A DNA stretch of 28,845 nt from the IMG/VR virus record IMGVR_UViG_3300042321_001378, positions 1 through 28,845 of that record; one strand, 5' to 3'. Below the pieces are notes generated by a model. It saw only the letters and a program-made list of their open reading frames with translations. It did not search any database and had not been told where the DNA came from. Positions within the stretch are counted from its first letter, which is position 1, and the number at the start of each line of letters is the position of its first letter. This stretch comes from a virus (Duplodnaviria > Caudoviricetes). Below are positions 9,303 to 18,944 of the stretch, one piece after another. Position numbers and translations under genes: made by a program.

Positions 9303-9751
9303 TGGAGGTCGAAAAGCCCATCACGTGGTTGGAGTTTCTGACCGACGACGGCATCTGCTTTGATGACCGCCTAGATCGGTGGGAGGCGTTTGTCGCGGAC
9401 AAGCCGCAGCAAGAGTGTCCGTTGAAACATACCTACCCCGTGGGGATGTACGTGCGGGAAATTTTCGCGCCAGCTGGGTCGATCATCACTAGTCGGATTC
9501 ACAAGTTCGATCACCCGTTTTTTCTGATGAAAGGAAAGCTCACGGTGATCAGTGAAACCGAAGGGTTGGCGACATACACGGCGCCAACACACGGCATCAC
9601 CTTGCCGCAGACGCGACGGGCAATTTTGATCCATGAGGACACCGTTTGGATCACGGTGCATCCGAATCCTGAGAACAAAAAAGATCACGAAGAGATCAAA
9701 AACGACCTCACTTACATGAGGGACAACAAATACTTACCATGTCATTTGTAG
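9302..9751 (+). CDS. Cupin-fold protein
   Basis: H.Y..GMYVREIF.PAG..ITS.IHK.DH.FFL.KG.L.V...TRRA...HEDTVWITVH cupin signature. GGAGG upstream and a TGATG overlap. Confidence 0.7.
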   Translation: MEVEKPITWLEFLTDDGICFDDRLDRWEAFVADKPQQECPLKHTYPVGMYVREIFAPAGSIITSRIHKFDHPFFLMKGKLTVISETEGLATYTAPTHGITLPQTRRAILIHEDTVWITVHPNPENKKDHEEIKNDLTYMRDNKYLPCHL

Positions 9752-10470
9752 GAACAGCTATTGCGGCAGGTGTGGCCACTGCTGGCGTTGGGATGGGGCT
9801 TCAGGCATCGTCTGCAAGCTCCGCACGAAGGCAGGCGCGCCAAGCCGCCGAGACGCCAGGACTGGATATTCCAGCCGTCATTGGCGAAGCCGAGCAGCTG
9901 GCTCCGCGCACGCGTGAGTTGGAATCACAGCGCACTGCGGTGACCCGCCAGCAGCTTCTCGAAAACCTCGGGCTTTCGATTCCTGGGTATGAGCAGGCGC
10001 AGGCTGCAAGAGCACAGAATGCTTTGGCTCTGCTTCGTGGCGAGCTTCCGCCTGACGTTGTAAGTCAGATCCAGCGCAAGAGCGCAGCCAAGGCGCTCGA
10101 GGGCGGGTTTGCTGGCAGCAAGGCGGCCCAGGGTCTCACTGCTCGCGACATCGGCAGGACCACGCTTCAAGCGCAGCAGGAAGGCGCTCGCCTGTTCTCG
10201 GACATTCTCGGGACCACCCCGATGGCGCCGCTGGCGAACTACGAGTTCACGCCGCAGCAGCTGGCTCAGTTGCGCGAGCAGGAACGCATTTCCCGCATGA
10301 ACGCGCTGGCCGGCGTGGCTAGTATGCCGTCTGCGGGTGGCGTCGTTGGGCAGGGGCTTGGGTCTCTCGGATCCGGCCTGACCAATCTTGGTTTCGCCCA
10401 GTTGGGGGCCAAGGGCACCGGCGGCGAAAGCGATCTGGTCTCGACTCAACGCAAACTCATGGGAGGCTAA
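9739..10470 (+). CDS. Putative DNA ejection/pilot protein
   Basis: Hydrophobic Gly/Ala N-terminus, Gln/Ala-rich helical body and Gly-rich C-terminal segment (GQGLGSLGSGL). Position matches internal virion proteins. Confidence 0.6.
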   Translation: MSFVGTAIAAGVATAGVGMGLQASSASSARRQARQAAETPGLDIPAVIGEAEQLAPRTRELESQRTAVTRQQLLENLGLSIPGYEQAQAARAQNALALLRGELPPDVVSQIQRKSAAKALEGGFAGSKAAQGLTARDIGRTTLQAQQEGARLFSDILGTTPMAPLANYEFTPQQLAQLREQERISRMNALAGVASMPSAGGVVGQGLGSLGSGLTNLGFAQLGAKGTGGESDLVSTQRKLMGG

Positions 10471-10473
10471 TTT

Positions 10474-11517
10474 ATGGCAAACCCTTTCTCAGGACTCGAA
10501 AACATCGGAGCTTCGTACATGGCGGGTGCCCGCCTGGCACAGGAGCGTCAACGTCGCGCCGACGAGATCGTAGCGCGCCAAGAAGAGGCGCGTGTTCGGC
10601 AGCAGTATTATCAAGACATTATCGCTGAACGCGAGGCGGCGCGGCTGGCGACGGCCGGGGAACGCGAGGCTCAAGGTGCGACCCAGTTCGGCAAATACCT
10701 GGTGCGTAAACCTGATGGGACCATCGATTACCAGGCGTCTCAGGCCGCCAAGCAGGTGGGCGAAGAGGAGGGACAACTTGGTGCTGCATACGGTGCGCTT
10801 GCTGCCCGAGGAGAAGACATCGGCCCTATCAGTCCGAGGATCATGCAGACGCCGCAGTTTATGGCTGCGCGTGCTGCTGGCATCGATCGCCGTGCGGCCG
10901 AAGCGAAGGCAATCAAAGACTCCATGCTCAGGGCCGGTTATTTTCCAGTTTCCGAAAAACCTGTTCCGGCGTTTGGCTTTTCGACTGATCTTCTGCGCCA
11001 GCCTGAAGACACGTCGCAAGATGTGATGATCGATGGCGCTCGATTCCGGCCGACTCCGGTGACTCAGTTCAAGATGCAGCCGAAGGCCAAGCCTGAAAAC
11101 CTCGGGTACGAAACAATCGATCTGCCCGACGGAGGAAAGGCCAGAATCCCAATCACGCCTGAAAGATCTGCTGCCATTGCTGCTGCGCGTGCGACCACGA
11201 CACCCAAGGAACCCGGTCTTTTCGACGACATCGATGCCGCCGAAAAACAGCTGCTGACTCTTCAGGACAAAAACGTCGAAGACCTCAACCTTGTCCGAAA
11301 CAAAGATGGCAACCTTGAGGTCGTTGAGGACACTGCTTTTGCGATCGGCCGAACCCCTGAACAGATTCAAGCCGATCTCGCATTGGAGCGCAAACGCCGC
11401 GCTGAACGCCGTGGCATTCGGACGGGTGCTGCGGCTCCTTCAGCGATTCCGCAGGGCACGAACCGAGTGATCGACTTCCGGTCAATTCAAGGTTTGCCTC
11501 CGCTTCCGGGCCGATAA
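10474..11517 (+). CDS. Putative internal virion/ejection protein
   Basis: MANPFSGLENIGASYMAG start, then a charged coiled coil. GGAGG SD. Lies between the pilot-like gene and the giant gene. Confidence 0.55.
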   Translation: MANPFSGLENIGASYMAGARLAQERQRRADEIVARQEEARVRQQYYQDIIAEREAARLATAGEREAQGATQFGKYLVRKPDGTIDYQASQAAKQVGEEEGQLGAAYGALAARGEDIGPISPRIMQTPQFMAARAAGIDRRAAEAKAIKDSMLRAGYFPVSEKPVPAFGFSTDLLRQPEDTSQDVMIDGARFRPTPVTQFKMQPKAKPENLGYETIDLPDGGKARIPITPERSAAIAAARATTTPKEPGLFDDIDAAEKQLLTLQDKNVEDLNLVRNKDGNLEVVEDTAFAIGRTPEQIQADLALERKRRAERRGIRTGAAAPSAIPQGTNRVIDFRSIQGLPPLPGR

Positions 11518-11528
11518 CACTCAAGACC

Positions 11529-14500
11529 ATGGCGATCGAGATTGATTTCGGACGCGAGCTTGGCCGGCTCGCGTTCCCTGATGACATTACGGACGAGCAG
11601 GCCAAGTCCTACGTCCGTGAGAATTACCAGGCGATTCGCCAGGGGTTGCTCGATCGCCGCCGGCAGGAGTTGGCAGCAGAGACTGAGTCCGAGGAGGCTG
11701 CTAAGTTTCGGGCGGGGGAAGTCGGCACACTGGAGACTGTCGGTGCCCAGGCGGGTGCTCTTCCGAGGGCGTTCACCGAAGGCACTGGGCTTATGCTCCA
11801 GGGTGCTGAACGGGCTGCAAAGTTTTTCCCTCCTCCGACGGTCAATCCTTTCACTGGTCGGCCGATTCAGCAAACCGTTGAACCCGAGGGCCCCGGGGCA
11901 CTTACGCAAGCTGGCAGGGCGATTCGTGAATTTGGCGCCGAGGCATTCCCTAGCCTTCCCGGTGCCGAAGAAACGATTCCCGCTCAGGTTATGGGCGGAG
12001 TCGGGAGCACGCTTTCAGTGCTTCCAGGTGCGTTGGTTGGTGGATTGGCTGCGGGACCTGTTGGCGCTGCCGCAACCATTGGATCCGCCATCGGCGCTGG
12101 CGCGCTGTACGGCCTTCAGGCTGGTGAGGCCGGTGCTGAAGACGCCGATCGTGTGATCAACCAACGGATCGCCGAGGCATTGGCAGTTGGCGATTACGAC
12201 ACCGCCTCGGATCTTCGCAGCCGCGCCGAGACACTGAAGAACCGTGCGTTCCTTGCCACGGCCCCGATCGGTGCTGTCACCGAGGGTGCGCTGGGTGTTG
12301 CTGGCAAGATCCCGGGGATGCGATCCGGCGCCGCTGGTCGCAGCACGCTGGGCAAGTACAGCGCCAATCTCGTCGAGCGCCTGATTCCTCAGACTGCATC
12401 GAAACGCGCTCAGGAGATGGCTCGCGGCGGCATCGAGGGCACAGTAAGCGAAGGACTCCAGGAGTCGCTTGAGCAGACGCTTGGAAACATGGCTGCCAAG
12501 TCGATCTACGATCCCGAACGCGGGATTATGGACGGCGTCGCCGAAGCTGGATTCATCGGTGGTGCCTCGGGTGGTCTGGTCGGCGGTGTGATTGGATCAA
12601 GGCGCAATGTAAACCTGGCGAACTCTGTCGTGGCTGCCAACGGCGCCGATCCGAAGAACCCGCTGCCGCTGTCGAATGCGACCGTCACCGGCATCGAAGA
12701 CACGACTCCGACCGAGGGTTACTCGCTCGAACCTGAGATCACTGAGGAGGATGTCAGGAAGCGCCAGGAGGCATTAGGATTGAAAATGCCTCCGGATGTC
12801 ACGCTGCCAGCGCCGGCTGGTGGTGGCGTGATCGAGGTGACCGGTAAGATTCCGACCATTACTCCGACACCTGAGCCGGCACCTACGCCCGCTCCCGCTC
12901 CCGCTCCTGCTCCTGCTCCTGCTCCTGCGCCCACTCCAGCTGCTGCCCCCGCCGCTGTCTCCCCCGAGACCGGCCTGACCACCGATGAGCAGGATGAACT
13001 CGACCAGCTGATTGCTGTCGAGGACAGCGGGATGCTGTCGGAGGATCAGGCTCAGACTCTCGAATCTTACCGGCAACGCCTCGCGATCAAAGCGATGCTG
13101 GCAGCCGAAACCACAACCACCCCAGAAAATGCCGTTCAAGAACAAGGCTCAGATGAAGGCGTGCTTCGCCGCGAAGGATCCCAAGTGGGATTGCAAGAAG
13201 TGGATCGAGGAGGGCGGCCTGCCGAAGGCCAAGGGACCCAAGCCGAAGCGCAAGTCCAGCCGCTGACAGTTGAGGAAACGCAGGAGTACAACGCGACCAT
13301 CGATGCTCTCGGTGGTGCGCCTGCTTCCGACCTGCTGACTCCAGACGAACTCGATCGGTTCGAGACGCTGGCCAACCGCGTCTCCGAACTGGAACGTGCT
13401 GGCTGGTCGTTCGATGAGCAGGCGGGTTGGACTGCGCCTGGACAGACTCCGGCTCCAGCTGCCATCACTCCGTCCCCGGTCATTCAGGCCAAACTGGATC
13501 CCGACAACGTGGTCCGAGACGCGTTGCAGGCGGCGGGCAATGACCCGGTCAAAGCCGCTGCGATGATCGTTGCCGACCTCGAAAACATCACGGGCCGCGA
13601 ACTCCGTGCGTCCTACCAGGAGGCGGTCAACCGGTTGCAGAAGATGGTTCAGAAACCGGCGCCGGCGCCTGCAACGAAGCCGGTCGAACAAATGACCGAG
13701 CAGCAGTATTACCTCGATCGAGTCGAGGAAATCGCAACTGCCAACAACATCAGCGAAACCGAGGTTCGCCAGTATTACACCCCGGAAAACGGTCGAGAAG
13801 AATATTGGCAGGCACTTCAACGTGCGGCCGAAGATGGTAGGCAGATCATCGCAAAAATCCTCGATCGCCTTCCCGAGGCGCGCATTGAGTTCTTGAGGAA
13901 ACAGTATCCGCAGGCACTTCCTCAAGGATACTTGGCGCCAGGCGTCCGCAAGACCGCTGGAAAAGAACCCACTCCCAGTCAGATCAATAAGGTGTTTCAG
14001 GCCATCAAAGCCAAGGCTGCGGCTGTTGGAAAAGGTCTGTACCAGATTGAGAAACTGACCCCTGCACAATCTTTGGTTCTTCGCACGCGTTTTGGAGGAT
14101 TCAGGGAGAATGATCAGTTTGTTTTGCAGGAGAAATCGCAAGTAACAGGCATTGCGTTCGATCGAGGTTTCATTCTGCGCGACAAGCAAGAGGCGACGGC
14201 CGGAGAAGCACCGAGACCTGCACCCGCCGCTCAGGGCGTTTCACCTGCGGATCAAATCCACTCCGCCAAGCTCCCAAAGGAACTCGCGAGGTCAACTCCC
14301 CGGTACAACTTTGGCAGCAATGTGTTTCTGCCGACGTTAGGCAGTGACTTCGATCGAGCCGCTTACATCCTTGCTCAGGAGAAACCGTCAGAGGCAGATC
14401 AGCAATTCATGGATTGGGCGGTAGAGGTCTCCGGTATGTCGCCCGAAAAGATTCGGGCACATGGCAAGACCGTGCGTGCCCAGCTTAAGGAATTGGCTCG

Positions 14501-17500
14501 CATCAGCACCGGCGGAACTCAGAAGAAACCCGCCGTTATCGTGCTGGCACCACAGCCGATTGCCGCAGCGGAGAGGCCCGCTCCGGCTCCGGCTCCGGCC
14601 CCCGCTCCCGCCAAACCCATCAGCAAAGCTCCTCAAACCGAGCCTGCTGGAAAACAAGCCGAAGAGGTTCAGCAGTCTCCGAAACAAAAGCAGGGGACTG
14701 AGCCTTTGGCGCCGCGTGCCCAGAAGCAGTATCTGCTGGAGCAGTTGGATGAGGCGATTGCGGCGGCGCCTGAAGATGCCGCTGGTGCAGACAAGATTGT
14801 CATCACCGTTCCTGGCGACGGCGAGTTCACCTTGTTGAACTACAAGGCCGCTCTGATGCGGTTCAAAGACATCGCCAAGAAGTTTCCGGTGGGACCTGTT
14901 GGTGGAGAGACCAAGCCTCGCACGGAAGCCAGGCAGGCGCTGAAGTTGGGCACGCTCAACACCAAGAATGCGCTCAAGGCGACCGGCGATCTTACCGCAG
15001 ACCCAGCTGCGCGACCCGGATCTCCGCTGACCGCAATCCTCTCCGATGGGAAGCGGGTTGTCGCAAGCAACAGCAAGGCGCTGCTTGAGGTTCAGGCCGA
15101 TGCTGGTGGAACCAAAACGAAGCCGATCACGGTTGATAGCAACGGCAAGCAGGTCGAGTTCAAGGATGCGTATCCGAACATCGACAACATCATTCCAAGC
15201 CAGACCACTCCGGTTTCCTCGAAGATCAACACGGAGCGGCTTTTCACTGTCCTGAATCAGGCGTATCAGGCCGCGTTCGATCCCGAATCAAAGGATGCGG
15301 TCAATCGGGCAAACGCATCCATCGTTCTCAACAGGGACGGAACGATTGGTCTTTTTGCGGAGACACCTGGCAAGTCCAGCTACTCGCACAATGTTCGTCC
15401 GGGAGCCAAGGTGTTAACTTCGTACAACATCAAGTTGTTGACCGACTTGGTGCAGGCGATGCGGCGAGTTGGAGTCGCCGAGTTTGATCTCAGAGTGACG
15501 GCCGAAAGAGGTGAGGACTTGCGTCTGAGCCCTGGCGTTTTGACGGCCAATGGCGTCAAGGCGTTGATCATGCCGGTCCGGCTGGATAACTACGACCTGC
15601 CAGCATGGGCTCTTGAGGGCGATGAGCGAGCTCGCGCCAAGCCGCTGGAAGCCGCCCCGCTTCCGACCGTTTCTCAGGGCACGCCCGCTCAACAAGCTGC
15701 TGGCACCGTTGCTGCCGCTGAAGCCCAGGGTCGCGAGCTTGGCCCCGAACCCACCGGCAAGCCTCAGACGCTCAAAGAAGCCACGGCCGAGGTCCGAGAC
15801 GCGATCGGTCAACTGATCGAATCCATCACGCCCAAGGCCGGGTTCACGGGCGGCCCGAGCGCCAGCGATTCGCTGAAGCGCCTGCTGCGCGAGATCCCGC
15901 CTGCCGTCCTCCAGAGCGCCGCGCTGATTGCCCAGCGGGTGTACCGCGAGACCCGCGATTGGGCCAAGGCCACTCAGGCCGGCATCGAAGAGATTTTCAG
16001 CCGGATCAAGGTCGCTGACCTCGAAGACACCCGTGCTGGCTTCTCAGAGTTCATCCAGGGCGTGAACGTTCCGGGCAGCGTTCCGGCTACCCCTCCGCAA
16101 CCCGCCGCCGGCCAGGAGCGCGTTGACTCCCGTGGCTACTTCACCGGCCAGATCAATCCTGAGACGGTCGAGAACTGGCAGACCGAATCCAAGCGCGTGA
16201 TCGATTCGTTCGGCACCGACATGGAGGCGGCGTTCCGATGGGCCGCGACCACCGACATGGGCGCCGATGCCCGTGAGTTCGTCTTCAAGCAGATCATGGA
16301 GCGGGTCTTCACCCAGATCGCTCGCGCCAACAACCCCATCGAACTGGCCCGGGCTGAAGACCTGCTTCGCCGGGTTCAATCGACCTGGAAGAGTTCCGGC
16401 ACCCAGCTGGGTCAGGCATTCGCCGCCCGTGCCGCCGCCATCGACAGCATCTGGTATCTGCATCCGCTGCTAGCATTCCGCGATCTGGTTCGTGAGCGCC
16501 AGGCGCAGTTGCCGTTCCCGCAATTTACCTCTGACCAGGTGCGTCAGTGGCTTCAGGCATCCGGCCGCCAGGCCATCGAAGAACTTCGCATCCAGATGCA
16601 GAACGCTAACAACGCGTTCGGCCGCGAGTTCCGTCGCATCACCAAAGACGTGTTGCGCCGCGAGGATATCAACTGGGCGGACATCCTGACCGCCAGCGAC
16701 CAACGCCAAGGCTCCATGCAGTATCGACTGCTGGAAGAGATCCTCTCGCAACCCGGCCTCCGCAATCTGCCGCCTCGGGGCATCTCGGAGATCGTGAAGC
16801 TGTTTTCCGAGGCATGGGGTCGAGAACAGGAACGGATCTTCCGCAACGAGTTCCGCAAGCAGGTGCCGTTGCCGACGGTGAAGAAGGACGACCGCGAGAA
16901 AATCTTCCGGTCGATCCCGCGCATCCTCCGCTACTCCAACATCGCCATGATGAAGGATGGCGCCGAGACTCGGTTGCTGTGGGATCAGGCGTTCCGCAAC
17001 GCTGTCGCTCCCCAGTTTGGTGTGGCCGCGATTGACGGCACGACCGCACGCAAGCTCACCGCGTTGGCTCAGAAAGCTCAATCCGCTGCTGGCATCAATC
17101 GCGACGAGATCGTCCAGCAAATGTTCCGCCTGATGCAGAAGGAGGGTGGCATCAACTGGAAGGACATTCTCCGGGATTACTGGTACGCGGCCGTACTGTC
17201 TGGAACGAGAACCCAGGTGGACAACGCGCTGAACATCGCGAACGGCGCCCTGAACACTGCCATGTTTGCCGGCATGGCTGGCACTCAAGGCGGAAAGGTT
17301 CTGAAGGCGGCTGGCAAAGGTCTCTCCGAGGCGATCAAAGACTTCTGGCCGATCCTCTGGAAGGGTGAGCTTTACCGCAGCGTGAGCTTCAATCCGGATG
17401 TCCCTGGAAATTCCCTCGAAGGATTGCAGGAGTCTCGCAACCTATTCCTGCGCGGTATCTCTCAGCTGAAGTACGTCAGCCGCTTGATGCAGGCGCTGGA

Positions 17501-18941
17501 TCACATGACGGCGTTGATGTCGGATGCGGCTTCCAAGGCATACACGCTGGCCAAGACGGATCCGAAACTGCTGGAGGCTTATATGCTTCCATCGGCTACA
17601 ACGGTCGCCAATGCTCGCGCTCGCGCCATCGCCGAAGGCACACGGCCCGAACTGGTCAATCGCCGGACCCGGGAGATCATCGAAGAGGCGCTGCCCGTCG
17701 AAGTGCTACTGACAGCACGCGATATTCGGCAGATGTCCACGTTCACCGAGACGCCCCAGGGGCTGGCCGGTGCGATCTATCAGGGCGTGAATGCCGCTGA
17801 ACGTCAGCTGCCGGGGTTAAAGTTCCTGAGCGGCACCAGCTTCGTGCGGTTTGCATCGAACTACGCGAACGAACTACTGAACTACTTCGCTCCAGTGGCC
17901 CTGTGGCGCTGGTATCAATCGGCGCCCGGCCGCCAGGACACCGCACTCGGCCTGAAGTACAGCGAGGCTCGCCGTGATCTGCTGCTTTCAAAGCTGGCAC
18001 TCGGCACTGCGCTGACTGGATTCGCAGCTGCTTTGTTCCTCGGCGATGATGATGATGAGAAGAAGCGTGCCATTGATATCACCGGGTCATTCAAGAGCCT
18101 GAGCCCGGAGAAGCGCAACCAGCTGCTGGCAGAAGGTCGGCAGCCGTACTCGATCCGCGTTGGCGACACCTACATTTCCTATCGGCAGCTGGGATTCGGC
18201 GGAGTTCTTGGCGCCATCGGCGAGTTGCGCGACCAGCAACTTTACAGCCCCGAGAAGTACAACAAGCAGAGCTTTCCCGAAAAGCTCATGGACGGGTTTG
18301 TCTCCGGTGCGCTGATCGTAAAGGACTCTTCTGCCATCGCGGCCCTGACCGAGTTCCTAGGATTCGCCAACGCCTACAAGTACGACGTGAGCCAGACCAT
18401 TGAGAAGGCCACGCCGAAATACTTGGCGCGCCTGGCCGGCTCCGTGATCCCGAACATTATGAAGGAGGCCGACGCCTGGATTGATTCGTCGATCTACCGC
18501 GCTGAGCCCGGCAACCTCGGCATGGAATACTTCCTTCAGCAGGTGCCGTTCGCCAGACAGAGCATCGGGCCCGGACCCATCCTGAACGTCCTGGGCGAGC
18601 CTGTGCAGGTCGAGCGTTACCCCTACAGCCGCTGGTTGAAGTTCCGCAAGGAGGACAAGGCCTGGAACACACTGGGCCAGCTTGCCAGCAAGGGCGTCTT
18701 CATGCCGACGCCGAACATCACGGTGACCGTGAAGGAGAGCGGCGAGCGCCGGCGAATGAACCGCGACGAAGCCTACACCTACCAGAAGGATGTCGGCCAA
18801 CGATACCGCACTTGGATCGAACGCAACGGGGACCGCTTGCTCAAGATGAAGCCCGATGATGCCGCTGAGGTTATCGACAAAGCCGCTGATCGGATGCGCG
18901 CAGACGCCCGAGAAAAAATTCAGCAAAAGATTCGCCGGTAG
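11529..18941 (+). CDS. Giant (2470 aa) internal virion / large polyvalent ejection protein
   Basis: N-terminal FPDDITDEQA motif, Gly/Ala-rich membrane-type helices, Pro-Ala linkers separating modules, and a long helical C-terminal region with G.QPYSI.VGD.YISY..L and LNVLGEP motifs as seen in LPD38-like C-termini. Confidence 0.75.
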   Translation: MAIEIDFGRELGRLAFPDDITDEQAKSYVRENYQAIRQGLLDRRRQELAAETESEEAAKFRAGEVGTLETVGAQAGALPRAFTEGTGLMLQGAERAAKFFPPPTVNPFTGRPIQQTVEPEGPGALTQAGRAIREFGAEAFPSLPGAEETIPAQVMGGVGSTLSVLPGALVGGLAAGPVGAAATIGSAIGAGALYGLQAGEAGAEDADRVINQRIAEALAVGDYDTASDLRSRAETLKNRAFLATAPIGAVTEGALGVAGKIPGMRSGAAGRSTLGKYSANLVERLIPQTASKRAQEMARGGIEGTVSEGLQESLEQTLGNMAAKSIYDPERGIMDGVAEAGFIGGASGGLVGGVIGSRRNVNLANSVVAANGADPKNPLPLSNATVTGIEDTTPTEGYSLEPEITEEDVRKRQEALGLKMPPDVTLPAPAGGGVIEVTGKIPTITPTPEPAPTPAPAPAPAPAPAPAPTPAAAPAAVSPETGLTTDEQDELDQLIAVEDSGMLSEDQAQTLESYRQRLAIKAMLAAETTTTPENAVQEQGSDEGVLRREGSQVGLQEVDRGGRPAEGQGTQAEAQVQPLTVEETQEYNATIDALGGAPASDLLTPDELDRFETLANRVSELERAGWSFDEQAGWTAPGQTPAPAAITPSPVIQAKLDPDNVVRDALQAAGNDPVKAAAMIVADLENITGRELRASYQEAVNRLQKMVQKPAPAPATKPVEQMTEQQYYLDRVEEIATANNISETEVRQYYTPENGREEYWQALQRAAEDGRQIIAKILDRLPEARIEFLRKQYPQALPQGYLAPGVRKTAGKEPTPSQINKVFQAIKAKAAAVGKGLYQIEKLTPAQSLVLRTRFGGFRENDQFVLQEKSQVTGIAFDRGFILRDKQEATAGEAPRPAPAAQGVSPADQIHSAKLPKELARSTPRYNFGSNVFLPTLGSDFDRAAYILAQEKPSEADQQFMDWAVEVSGMSPEKIRAHGKTVRAQLKELARISTGGTQKKPAVIVLAPQPIAAAERPAPAPAPAPAPAKPISKAPQTEPAGKQAEEVQQSPKQKQGTEPLAPRAQKQYLLEQLDEAIAAAPEDAAGADKIVITVPGDGEFTLLNYKAALMRFKDIAKKFPVGPVGGETKPRTEARQALKLGTLNTKNALKATGDLTADPAARPGSPLTAILSDGKRVVASNSKALLEVQADAGGTKTKPITVDSNGKQVEFKDAYPNIDNIIPSQTTPVSSKINTERLFTVLNQAYQAAFDPESKDAVNRANASIVLNRDGTIGLFAETPGKSSYSHNVRPGAKVLTSYNIKLLTDLVQAMRRVGVAEFDLRVTAERGEDLRLSPGVLTANGVKALIMPVRLDNYDLPAWALEGDERARAKPLEAAPLPTVSQGTPAQQAAGTVAAAEAQGRELGPEPTGKPQTLKEATAEVRDAIGQLIESITPKAGFTGGPSASDSLKRLLREIPPAVLQSAALIAQRVYRETRDWAKATQAGIEEIFSRIKVADLEDTRAGFSEFIQGVNVPGSVPATPPQPAAGQERVDSRGYFTGQINPETVENWQTESKRVIDSFGTDMEAAFRWAATTDMGADAREFVFKQIMERVFTQIARANNPIELARAEDLLRRVQSTWKSSGTQLGQAFAARAAAIDSIWYLHPLLAFRDLVRERQAQLPFPQFTSDQVRQWLQASGRQAIEELRIQMQNANNAFGREFRRITKDVLRREDINWADILTASDQRQGSMQYRLLEEILSQPGLRNLPPRGISEIVKLFSEAWGREQERIFRNEFRKQVPLPTVKKDDREKIFRSIPRILRYSNIAMMKDGAETRLLWDQAFRNAVAPQFGVAAIDGTTARKLTALAQKAQSAAGINRDEIVQQMFRLMQKEGGINWKDILRDYWYAAVLSGTRTQVDNALNIANGALNTAMFAGMAGTQGGKVLKAAGKGLSEAIKDFWPILWKGELYRSVSFNPDVPGNSLEGLQESRNLFLRGISQLKYVSRLMQALDHMTALMSDAASKAYTLAKTDPKLLEAYMLPSATTVANARARAIAEGTRPELVNRRTREIIEEALPVEVLLTARDIRQMSTFTETPQGLAGAIYQGVNAAERQLPGLKFLSGTSFVRFASNYANELLNYFAPVALWRWYQSAPGRQDTALGLKYSEARRDLLLSKLALGTALTGFAAALFLGDDDDEKKRAIDITGSFKSLSPEKRNQLLAEGRQPYSIRVGDTYISYRQLGFGGVLGAIGELRDQQLYSPEKYNKQSFPEKLMDGFVSGALIVKDSSAIAALTEFLGFANAYKYDVSQTIEKATPKYLARLAGSVIPNIMKEADAWIDSSIYRAEPGNLGMEYFLQQVPFARQSIGPGPILNVLGEPVQVERYPYSRWLKFRKEDKAWNTLGQLASKGVFMPTPNITVTVKESGERRRMNRDEAYTYQKDVGQRYRTWIERNGDRLLKMKPDDAAEVIDKAADRMRADAREKIQQKIRR
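12891..12926 (+). repeat. Hexamer tandem repeat (GCTCCY)x6 encoding an Ala-Pro linker
   Basis: gctccc x2 followed by gctcct x4. A similar (gctccg)x3 array occurs at about 14580-14597. Confidence 0.9.
13129..13266 (+). CDS. Nested 45-aa basic protein (MPFKxKAQ type) in the +1 frame of the giant gene
   Basis: MPFKNKAQMKACFAAKDPKWDCKKWIEEGGLPKAKGPKPKRKSSR. Preceded by an unstructured A/C-rich leader. Resembles small MPFKS.AQ phage proteins as I recall them. Confidence 0.65.
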   Translation: MPFKNKAQMKACFAAKDPKWDCKKWIEEGGLPKAKGPKPKRKSSR

Positions 18942-18944
18942 TGC

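Noticed and set aside
13149-14189. Long antisense ORFs (346 aa here; also 2864-3706, 10489-11370, 16470-17288, 18357-19010, 23860-24582, 27759-28481)
   Set aside because: Expected shadows of GC-rich codon-biased genes. No recognisable motifs or start signals.
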